64,000 nt of DNA from Pyrinomonadaceae bacterium (lineage in GTDB: Bacteria > Acidobacteriota > Blastocatellia > Pyrinomonadales > Pyrinomonadaceae): NCBI GenBank assembly GCA_046262835.1, contig JBHELZ010000004.1, positions 110,336 to 174,335 of the forward strand, in the 5' to 3' direction. Of this stretch, positions 9,387-17,183 are shown in pieces. The position numbers were made by a program, and so were the translations under genes. The notes below the pieces were generated by a model. That model saw only the letters and a program-made list of their open reading frames with translations. It had not been told where the DNA came from and did no database searches. How positions within the stretch are numbered: position 1 is the first letter of the stretch; each line of letters begins with the position of its first letter.

Positions 9387-11528
9387 ATGAGATCTAAATC
9401 ATTAATTGTGGTTTTTGTGATTCTGACTATGAGCCTTCTCTTTTTCAGGTACCCGGAAAAATCGGGTTATGCTTCAGCGGCCGACGCCCCTAACCCATTT
9501 TTAACCGAAAGTACGCTGCCTTTTCACGCGCCCCCCTTCGACAAGATAAAGGAAGCCGATTATGCGCCGGCGATTGAAGAGGGGATGAAAAATCAGCTCG
9601 CGGAAATTGAGGCCATCGCCAACAATCCGGCGTCCCCGACATTCGCGAACACGCTCGAAGCGATGGAGCGTTCCGGCGCCCTCTTAACGCGCGTCACCAA
9701 GGTTTTCTTCAATCTGACAAGCGCTAATACCAGTGACACGCTGCAAAAGATTAAGGCTGATGAAGCACCGAAACTGGCTGCTCATTCCGATGCAATTTTT
9801 CTAAATGCGAAGTTGTTTGCCAGAGTGAAAGGACTTTATGACAGCCGCGCCAGGCTGAAGCTCGATCCGGAATCAAACTATCTGGTTGAGCGTTATTTCA
9901 AAGCGTTCGTGCGCGCGGGCGCGCTGCTCTCTGAAGCTGACAAAGAAATCTTGCGCGGGCTAAACCAGGAAGAAGCGAAGCTGACGACGAAGTTTCAGGA
10001 CGATGTGCTCGCTGAAACGAACAACGGTGCGATCATCGTCGACAATAAATCGGACCTTGATGGCTTGAGTGAGAACGATATCGCCGCGGCAGCCGACCGG
10101 GCGAAAGAGCGCGGCCTGGCAGGCAAATGGGTGATAGCTCTGCAGAATACGACGCAACAGCCGGCGATGACGTTTCTGAAAAATCGAGCGGTACGGCAGC
10201 GTCTTTTCCAGGCTTCCGTCAGTCGCGGCAACCATGGCGGCGAGAACGACACTAAAGCGATCGTGGCGCGACTCGCGCAGTTGCGCGCGCAAAAGGCGAA
10301 GCTGCTGGGTTATCCCGATTACGCAACTTTCACTCTTGACGATCAAATGGCCAAGACGCCGCAGTCGGCTGAGAAGTTGTTGACCGGCATTGTTCCCGCG
10401 GCCACTGCAAAAGCTCGGGACGAAGTCGCGCGTATGCAGAAGCTGATCGACGCCGAGAAGGGCGGGTTTGCGCTTGGCCCGGCCGACTGGGATTACTATG
10501 CCGAGAAGGTGCGCAAGGCCCAGTACGACCTGGATGATTCCCAAATAAAACCGTATTTCGAGCTCGAGCATGTGCTCCGCGATGGCGTCTTTTTTGCCGC
10601 TAACAAACTTTATGGGATCACGGTCAAAGAGCGAAAGGACCTCCCGGTTTATCAGCCGGACGTACGCGTGTTTGAAGTTTTTGATGCCAACGGCAAATCT
10701 TTGGCGCTCTTTTACGCCGATTATTTCCAGCGTTCGAATAAAGATGGAGGCGCGTGGCAGGACAGCTTTGTCGATCAAAGCAGCTTGCTGGGAACGCAAC
10801 CCGTTGTCATCAACGTCGCGAACTTTACCAAGCCGCCTGCCGGGCAGCCTACGCTGCTGAGTTTCGATGATGTGACCACCATGTTCCACGAGTTCGGTCA
10901 CGCCTTGCACGCAATGTTTGCAAATATCCGCTACCCGATGTTGGGCGGAGTGTCACGCGACTTCGTCGAATTTCCTTCACAATTCAACGAGCATTGGGCT
11001 CTTGATCCAACGGTATTCGCGAACTATGCGAAGCACTATCAAACCGGTAAACCGATGCCCCAGGCGCTGGTCGAAAAGATCAAACGTTCGCGCACTTTCA
11101 ATCAGGGTTATGGGGTCACTGAGTACGTGTCGGCAGCGCTGCTCGACATGGCCTGGCACTCACTGCCGCCGGATGCGCCGGCCCAGGACGTAAATGCATT
11201 CGAGGCTGGGGCGCTCAAGCGCTTTCAGGTCGATCTGCCCCAGGTGCCGCCCCGGTATCACACGACCTACTTCTCGCACATTTGGGATGGCGGTTATGCC
11301 GCCGGCTACTACGCTTATCTTTGGAGTGAAGTGCTGGACGACGATGCGTTCTACTGGTTCAAGGAGCACGGCGGGCTCACGCGAGCAAACGGTCAACGTT
11401 TTCGCGAGCTGGTTTTGTCGCGTGGCGGGACACAAGATGTGTCCACGACGTTTCGCAACTTCCGCGGCCGCGATCCAATTGTCGAGCCGCTGCTCGAAGA
11501 ACGCGGGTTGAAAGGTGGGAAGCCTTGA
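9387..11528 (+). CDS. dcp: M3 family peptidyl-dipeptidase Dcp
   Basis: HEFGHALH zinc motif with M3-typical length and layout. ATG at 9387 begins a signal peptide (MRSKSLIVVFVILTMSLLFF), so the ORF-track start at 9300 is probably too early. Confidence 0.85.
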   Translation: MRSKSLIVVFVILTMSLLFFRYPEKSGYASAADAPNPFLTESTLPFHAPPFDKIKEADYAPAIEEGMKNQLAEIEAIANNPASPTFANTLEAMERSGALLTRVTKVFFNLTSANTSDTLQKIKADEAPKLAAHSDAIFLNAKLFARVKGLYDSRARLKLDPESNYLVERYFKAFVRAGALLSEADKEILRGLNQEEAKLTTKFQDDVLAETNNGAIIVDNKSDLDGLSENDIAAAADRAKERGLAGKWVIALQNTTQQPAMTFLKNRAVRQRLFQASVSRGNHGGENDTKAIVARLAQLRAQKAKLLGYPDYATFTLDDQMAKTPQSAEKLLTGIVPAATAKARDEVARMQKLIDAEKGGFALGPADWDYYAEKVRKAQYDLDDSQIKPYFELEHVLRDGVFFAANKLYGITVKERKDLPVYQPDVRVFEVFDANGKSLALFYADYFQRSNKDGGAWQDSFVDQSSLLGTQPVVINVANFTKPPAGQPTLLSFDDVTTMFHEFGHALHAMFANIRYPMLGGVSRDFVEFPSQFNEHWALDPTVFANYAKHYQTGKPMPQALVEKIKRSRTFNQGYGVTEYVSAALLDMAWHSLPPDAPAQDVNAFEAGALKRFQVDLPQVPPRYHTTYFSHIWDGGYAAGYYAYLWSEVLDDDAFYWFKEHGGLTRANGQRFRELVLSRGGTQDVSTTFRNFRGRDPIVEPLLEERGLKGGKP

Positions 11529-11744
11529 ATCTGCTTCAGGCTTCGCTACAGCAAGGCGACTGAAAGCGGACTATCACTCACAGTCTTTCACGTGTTCAAA
11601 AGCGAAACCGCTGAAACGATTTCAGGCGATGCCGTAAGGGTTCACATCTCCGCAGCCACGCCTGGATCAGACATACTACCTCTTGTTCGTTACATCTTGT
11701 TGTTGATTTTGTAGATCATCACATGTTAATGCTCACACTCGCCG

Positions 11745-12305
11745 ATGGCTAAAACCATTAGATATGTCGCCTTCCTTCGCGGCATCAATGTCGGCGGAAA
11801 CAAGCTCATTAAAATGGAAGCGTTAGCGGCGGCTTTCACCTCGGCTGGATTCCGGAACGTCAAGACATACATTGCGAGTGGAAACGTAATCTTTGATAGC
11901 GGCGCAAAACCGGACAGCCTCGCAAAGAAGATCGAACAGACACTTTTGAAGACGTTCGGCCATCAAATCGCTGTGGTCGTCTTTTCGCTTGCCGACTTAA
12001 AAGCACTTGTAAAAAGCAATCCGTTTAAGGGCGTCAAGCGCGGGTCCGACGTAATGTTGTTCGTTACCTTTCTGCGCGCGGAAGTGGCTCGGCCGGAGTC
12101 GCCGCTCGAATCCAAGGCTGAGAAGTTCAAGGGTATTGAGATCCAGGAGCGCGCGGCGTTCATGGTCGCGCGGCGTAAGAAGACCGGGTGGTTTGGCTTT
12201 CCCAATAACTTTATTGAGAAGGAACTCGGCGTCGCGGCCACAACCAGGAACTGGAGTACCGTCGAAAAAGTCCTGATGGTGGCGAGTGACGAGAAGAATC
12301 GTTAG
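11745..12305 (+). CDS. DUF1697 family protein
   Basis: 186 aa. N-terminus YVAFLRGINVGGNKLIKMEAL is the characteristic DUF1697 opening. Confidence 0.7.
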   Translation: MAKTIRYVAFLRGINVGGNKLIKMEALAAAFTSAGFRNVKTYIASGNVIFDSGAKPDSLAKKIEQTLLKTFGHQIAVVVFSLADLKALVKSNPFKGVKRGSDVMLFVTFLRAEVARPESPLESKAEKFKGIEIQERAAFMVARRKKTGWFGFPNNFIEKELGVAATTRNWSTVEKVLMVASDEKNR

Positions 12306-12323
12306 TGACAATGATGCTCGAAA

Positions 12324-12381
12324 GTTCAAAGTTCAGCCTTTGGCTGCTGATCATGAAAAAGCCAAAGCTTGAACCCTGAAC
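12324..12381. terminator. long imperfect hairpin between convergent genes (possible bidirectional terminator / REP-like element)
   Basis: gttcaaagttcagcctttggct (N14) agccaaagcttgaaccctgaac. 18 of 22 arm positions are complementary by hand alignment. It lies between the stop of the DUF1697 gene (12305) and the stop of the permease (12390). Confidence 0.4.
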
Positions 12382-12389
12382 TCGGGTTG

Positions 12390-13577
12390 CTATGCGTGAT
12401 GGTGGTGATGTTCGTGGTGATGATGATGCTCGGATCCATCCATCATGCGCAGCATCTCCGGCCCGCCAGTCTTAAAGAACCGCACCAGCAACAATCCGGC
12501 AATTGCCAGAAAAACAATATTGAGAACGGTCGTGTAATTAAGAGTGATCGATGCTTCCACTACCCGCGCCGCGCGATCGGTTGGGATCAGCCCCAGCCAG
12601 TCGAAAAGAAATTCAACGATAAGCGCCGCTGCCACCATCGCGGCATAGAAAGTAGCGAACAGGAAAATACTGACCTTCGCTCCATAGTACTTGCGATAGA
12701 TGTTTAGAATCGGCAGGACGATGAGATCGGCGAAGATAAAAGCGATCACTCCCCCGAAACTTATGCCGCCATTCCACAGCACCGCGGCCAGCGGAACGTT
12801 CCCTATTGAACACACGAACGAAAGAATTGCGACCAGCGGGCCAACCAGCGGCCCCCAGAACTTTGCGAAGACCGGGTGCGAAGTGAAAAAGAAGCTCTGC
12901 CAGAACGCATGTGGCACCGTTGCACCCAGGAGGCCCGCCAGTAACAATCCGATCGCGATGTCTTTCCATACCGCATGCCAGTCCATCACGAAATAATGAC
13001 TAATGGCGGTGCGGCCTTTACCTGAGGAAATTCTTTTTAATAGCGGGCCCCCGGTGACGGCCATATCCATCTCAGCGTGACCTTCCATTATTCCCTTCAC
13101 GCCCTTGTCAGCTTGCTCGCGAGCGGCTGCCACCAGTCGCGGCGTGAGAAAAATCTTAAAGAGCAGGGCCAGGATTATGATCATGAGCGGGCCGCCGATA
13201 AATTCAGCGAGCGCGAATTGCCAACCCATCAGCACAATCATGATGACGCCAAGTTCGATAACCAGATTTGTCGACGCGAATTGAAAGGCGATGGCCGCGG
13301 TGAAATTTGCGCCTTTGCGAAAAATCGACCGCGCGAGTGCGACGGCAGCATAAGAACAAGACGAGGATGCCGCCCCCAAAGCGCCGGCAATTGCGATCGA
13401 CTTCGGAGAATCGTCAGGAAGAAGCTTCGTCATCTCCCGTTTAGTCACGACTGCCTGCACGACTGCTGAGAGCCCGAAACCAAGAATCAAGGCCCATAGG
13501 ATCTCCCAGAACATGGCAAACGCCATCGACAGAGATTCCCAAATGGGATGTCCAATAGTCATCAAATTAGCCTGCAT
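12390..13577 (-). CDS. polytopic permease (ArsP/DUF318-like) with poly-His C-terminal tail
   Basis: 395 aa with multiple TM helices. The conserved-looking SSSCSYAAV segment recalls the predicted-permease PF03773 family (from memory). C-terminus GSEHHHHHEHHHHHA. RBS aggaag lies upstream of the ATG at 13577. Confidence 0.7.
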   Translation of the reverse strand: MQANLMTIGHPIWESLSMAFAMFWEILWALILGFGLSAVVQAVVTKREMTKLLPDDSPKSIAIAGALGAASSSCSYAAVALARSIFRKGANFTAAIAFQFASTNLVIELGVIMIVLMGWQFALAEFIGGPLMIIILALLFKIFLTPRLVAAAREQADKGVKGIMEGHAEMDMAVTGGPLLKRISSGKGRTAISHYFVMDWHAVWKDIAIGLLLAGLLGATVPHAFWQSFFFTSHPVFAKFWGPLVGPLVAILSFVCSIGNVPLAAVLWNGGISFGGVIAFIFADLIVLPILNIYRKYYGAKVSIFLFATFYAAMVAAALIVEFLFDWLGLIPTDRAARVVEASITLNYTTVLNIVFLAIAGLLLVRFFKTGGPEMLRMMDGSEHHHHHEHHHHHA

Positions 13578-13601
13578 TCAGCTCTTCCTCTTGTTTGAAT
13601 C

Positions 13602-14393
13602 TCATTGCACTACGATCGCGCCACGAAACATGTTCATCCCACAAGTGAACTTGAAGCGACCGGGTCTTTTGGGAGTAATTTCAACCAGGACCGGGGTGTT
13701 AAGAGGCAATGCACGAATTATCTTGTAAGCCGGAATAAGAATTTCAGTGCCACAGCTATCGGCGGTATTGCGGATAAAGGTGAGCCGCGCGGGCACCCCT
13801 TTTCGTAATTTGATCGCTGCGGGTCGATAACCTTCGGAATTCACCAGAATTGTTCGTTTCTGCATTTCAGGTGTTTTGACTGGTCGATCGCGGACTTGAG
13901 CTCCTGGCGCCGCATGTGAAAGCAGCGGTAGAACCTTTTCATCAAATTCATCTTTGTACATGACGCCTTCAATCACATCGCGCACCTTGCCTTGCCCGTC
14001 GATGATCACCGTTATGGGCAATGTTTCAGTTGAAGAAAACAGCAGCTTCGTCTCTTTAGTTCCCAGCGCAATTGGATAACTGATTCTCGCCCGCCGCGCG
14101 AACTGACGAACTCGAGAAAGTTTTTCCGGAGGATATGTGATGCCAACGAATTGTAATCCCCGACGACTATAGTCACGCTGCAACTTGATCAGTTCCGGCA
14201 GCTCCTGGCGACACGGCGGGCACCACGTCGCCCAGAAATTCAATAGCACGACTTTGCCCTTGAAATCGTTAAGATCAAAGATGCGACCATTAAGGGTCTT
14301 GAGGCGCAAGGCGGGTGCGGAACGCGAAGTCTGCGCTGAACCGGCGACCGAAGATAAAAAGACAATAGCGCTGATTGCGATTGTTCGAATCAT
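13602..14393 (-). CDS. periplasmic TlpA-like thiol:disulfide oxidoreductase fused to a cupredoxin-like domain
   Basis: Signal peptide MIRTIAISAIVFLSSVAGSAQ. Thioredoxin motif FWATWCPPCRQE. C-terminal ~90 aa ...ADSCGTEILIPAY...PGRFKFTCGMNMFRGAIVV match the cupredoxin_1 pattern (pG.y.f.Cgm..M.G.i.V). Confidence 0.75.
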   Translation of the reverse strand: MIRTIAISAIVFLSSVAGSAQTSRSAPALRLKTLNGRIFDLNDFKGKVVLLNFWATWCPPCRQELPELIKLQRDYSRRGLQFVGITYPPEKLSRVRQFARRARISYPIALGTKETKLLFSSTETLPITVIIDGQGKVRDVIEGVMYKDEFDEKVLPLLSHAAPGAQVRDRPVKTPEMQKRTILVNSEGYRPAAIKLRKGVPARLTFIRNTADSCGTEILIPAYKIIRALPLNTPVLVEITPKRPGRFKFTCGMNMFRGAIVVQ

Positions 14394-14395
14394 TC

Positions 14396-15853
14396 TTAGA
14401 ATAAGTACCTCGCCCCGAGGAGAAGGTTGCCATCCGTGCGCAAGATGAGCGGCCCCGTATTCCGCATTAATGGAAACTGATAGCTACCTTCGATCACGAA
14501 TCGGGGTCCGGCCGCATATTGCAGTCCCGGGGCCAAATAGTATTCGGTGGCCCGGCTTCCAGCGACTGGAAGCCCATTCAAGCGGCCCATACCTCGATGA
14601 ACGAACATCGTTTCAAGAATCAAAAACAGTTCGCCTCCAGGCTTGAGCCGGTCCTTTGGCAGCACATATTCCAAATCGGTGCTCAGCCGTTGTTCATGCC
14701 CGATCCGAAAGCCGTCTCGTTCGGTCCGAAAGATTACTTCGGCGTTTCCGCCAAAAATGACTCGGCCTCCGGCCTGGGAAAACGCGAGATCAAAATGGGG
14801 AGTCAAGCCCCCGTTTATCGGTGTCAGCTGTTGCCTTACGAAGGCAGGCGCATTGATTTGTGTTTGCGCGGGCGCCGTCTTTTTGCCGGTTGGCAGTTCC
14901 ATGCCTACTCGGAAGGCCGCCTGTCTGTCTCCGTAGGTCTTCACCTTTCTAAAGAATCGATACTTGGCCCAGCCGGTCAGATTTCCGATACCAGAGCCTG
15001 AACCCGAGCTGATCTTGTTGTCGTAAGCCGTGCGAGAGAACGGCAGTTCAACTTCCACCTGAAGACGTGGAGATGGAGTGTACGAAACGCTCAAATCGAA
15101 AGCCTGGCGATCGACTTCCAGAGATCCGAGATGCTGCTTGATAAGGTAGAGACGCGGAGTGACCGCCCCTCCCTTGTAAACGGTCAGTCCCGGAGAGGTC
15201 ACCCGGATTGGCGCCAGCGGTTTGCCTGGATCAGGATTGATTACGTCATCGGCAGGTGATGCAAGCGAAGAACGGGCAAAACTTACGTTGACGAAGTTCG
15301 GGAATGAGAGCCGGCGATAGCTTTCAGCACTTGATGCACTTGCCTTGCGCGCCGGCGAAATGGTTTCATGCGCGGCTGGTCCGGAGCCGATAGTCTTCCA
15401 ATCCCCGCTGATCTCGACGCTCACGCGTGGATTGGCTCCAGCCATAGCCTGGTCCATGTTAGCTCCTCCCAGCGCAAAGCGCTGTCCTGACGACTCGTTA
15501 ACCAGGATCCAGCCCGTGTCATCTTTCACAACAGTGCCGGAAACGGTGATGTCCGCCGCGTCGAGCGCATAACCCGCCTTCTTCAGCGTTTCTTTCAACG
15601 CCGCGAAGGATACGGGCTTATCAGGCTTGGGCGTGAAGATACCTAGCCCTTTTTGAATATCCGTTACCTGAATCTCTTTGAGTTTCGGTGCGTAGTCTAG
15701 ACGGCTCACGGCCTTCTGAATGTTGTACACTCAATTGCCGCACAAGTAGCCGGCGATATGCATCTGCACGCGCTTTACCTGCGCCTTTGAACTCGAAAGC
15801 ATTCCGAACAAGAGCACCAGCCCAAAGCCGATCCGAAAAAGTTTGCCTTGCAT
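14396..15853 (-). CDS. outer-membrane beta-barrel protein with N-terminal HMA domain carrying a C-x-x-U motif (candidate selenoprotein, UGA at 15731-15733)
   Basis: The ORF track starts at 15730, just after a TGA. Reading through the TGA in frame gives ATG 15853 and MQGKLFRIGFGLVLLFGMLSSSKAQ (signal) VKRVQMHIAGYLCGN-U-VYNIQKAVSRL..., which is the GMxCxxC HMA motif with UGA at the second Cys. 1458 nt is a multiple of 3. RBS gaaaggacag lies upstream. The C-terminus ends ...GARYLF, typical of OM barrels. Confidence 0.6.
15699..15717 (-). promoter_or_regulatory. candidate bacterial SECIS-like hairpin downstream of UGA 15731-15733
   Basis: mRNA AGAAGGC-CGUGA-GCCGUCU, hand-folded as 6 bp plus one A.G mismatch. 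The apical loop contains GU. It starts 13 nt after the UGA. Confidence 0.3.
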
Positions 15854-16085
15854 ATCGTTCTGTCCTTTCTAAATTGACGCGTCGAGAAAATCTTAATCCC
15901 TCGGTCTCGCGTTCATGTTCATTTGCCGTAGGCATGAAACCATATTCGTCGCGCCCATCGCGCCCATATCTATTCCGGGCATTTGCGCCATCGGAGTTGC
16001 AGGCCCTGCCGACGGCATCAGCAGAATTTTCTATAAATCTGCGCATGACTTCCCCTTGTTTGAATACCTCCAGGGGTGAGAGGTT

Positions 16086-16117
16086 GGGCGCGGCCTGGAG
16101 CAGCGCCGCGCCCTTTT
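16086..16117. terminator. GC-rich hairpin with T-run
   Basis: gggcgcggc-ctggagcagc-gccgcgccc gives a perfect 9-bp stem, followed by tttt on the plus strand. It lies 20 nt beyond the stop of the minus-strand Cys-rich gene, where it has an A-run before it and no U-run after it. Confidence 0.45.
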
Positions 16118-16137
16118 GCAGACGAAACACCAACTCG

Positions 16138-16407
16138 CTACTGCTTGTTCTTACCGTCTTTCTTTTCATGCTTCATCTGACATGAATCTCCGCAACAACA
16201 CGATCCGTCTTTGGAACATGAACCGTCTTTGCAGCAGTCCTTGTCTTTGCAGCAAGCCATGTCTTTGTCCTTGCAACAGTCCTTTGTCGCGCAGTATGAA
16301 TCCTTCTTGTCTTTGTCAGCTTGCGGATTCTGGGCCATTGCCGAGGCGGACGCGGCGAGCGCCATTCCGCAAATAAGGGTAATTACAAACGACTTAACTT
16401 CTTTCAT
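16138..16407 (-). CDS. secreted Cys-rich (metallothionein-like) small protein
   Basis: 89 aa. Signal peptide MKEVKSFVITLICGMALAASASAMA, then a 64-aa mature part with 12 Cys in CC/CCC clusters separated by KD repeats (CCKDKDMACCKDKDCCKDGSCSKDGSCCCGDSC). RBS aggaga lies 7 nt upstream. Confidence 0.6.
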   Translation of the reverse strand: MKEVKSFVITLICGMALAASASAMAQNPQADKDKKDSYCATKDCCKDKDMACCKDKDCCKDGSCSKDGSCCCGDSCQMKHEKKDGKNKQ

Positions 16408-16427
16408 TCTTATGTCTCCTAATCAAA

Positions 16428-16446
16428 GAATTGCTTAAAGCAATTC
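16428..16446. promoter_or_regulatory. 19-bp perfect palindrome just upstream of the Cys-rich gene
   Basis: GAATTGCTT-A-AAGCAATTC, 9-bp arms, lying 21-39 nt upstream of the ATG at 16407. It could be an operator or a weak terminator for the upstream gene. Confidence 0.35.
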
Positions 16447-16515
16447 GAGATGCGTGACTCAGCGACAGAAAACCATACTGCCGCCAACGTGCCGAACCGT
16501 TGAAGAGACACACTT

Positions 16516-17016
16516 CTAGATCAGAAAGACACAAACGCGGAGGTAGGTTCGATTTTGATTGGGCAAGCGTAGCGGATAAGCGGTTGAAACCGCCTCTGCC
16601 TGCGAGAGACTGGGTACTAACGAATCTGTTAGAGAGCAGGCGAAATTATCTTCGTCGTTGGATTGCGAGCGTGACGCGACGAGGTATGAGCCACCTGTCA
16701 GCGGGCAACAATTGCTCGCGCCCGAAGGCGCGGGCCCTTCCGGCAAAGCAACCTGCTCAAAATCTGGTCGCGATTCCGAATTCGATTGACTGAGCTTTGC
16801 TGAAGAATGATGCGCTTTGCAGCACGCATGACTTCCCATGGGGGCGGCTGCGCTGCTGAAACTGCTAATGAGGGCTTGCGGGCTTGCGAGGTCGGCATGA
16901 TTCATTGCACCGTGCGCATAGCTGACAATCATGCAGCCCGTGCCTGCGCACCAGAGCATCAGAGTGAACGCCAGCAACCTGCGAACTCTCTGGATAAATT
17001 GAACGCCGACTTTCAT
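16516..17016 (-). CDS. hypothetical membrane-anchored protein with CC/His motifs
   Basis: 166 aa. N-terminal TM LLAFTLMLWCAGTGCMIVSY. Motifs HACCKAHH and NCCPLTGG. No family recognised. Confidence 0.45.
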   Translation of the reverse strand: MKVGVQFIQRVRRLLAFTLMLWCAGTGCMIVSYAHGAMNHADLASPQALISSFSSAAAPMGSHACCKAHHSSAKLSQSNSESRPDFEQVALPEGPAPSGASNCCPLTGGSYLVASRSQSNDEDNFACSLTDSLVPSLSQAEAVSTAYPLRLPNQNRTYLRVCVFLI

Positions 17017-17183
17017 TGGTACGAATTTTAGGCCGGAGATAGCTTAATTGTCGAGTAGGTCAGGAAAACGAAGTGTCTTACTTTGCGGTTTTCTTAGCTT
17101 TCGGTCTTGCGCGCACCGTTGTAAATCAAGAGGGAAGGCACCCCGAAGCTGCGCAAAGACAAATAAGACAGTTGAAAAACGTT

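Noticed and set aside
9960-10910. 316-aa minus-strand ORF opposite dcp
   Set aside because: Shadow ORF antisense to a gene with a clear HEFGH metallopeptidase signature.
13602-13604. The TGA ending the TlpA-cupredoxin gene as a possible fourth Sec codon
   Set aside because: The cupredoxin-like domain is complete at this point (…GAIVVQ). The TGA is followed by an RBS (aggaag) and the ATG of the permease in a different register, so it is an ordinary stop.
15621-16185. ORFs 15621..16169 (-) and 15688..16185 (+) in the spacer upstream of the OM-barrel gene
   Set aside because: They overlap the in-frame N-terminal extension (signal peptide + HMA motif), which explains this DNA much better. Both are Arg/Ser-rich with no motifs.
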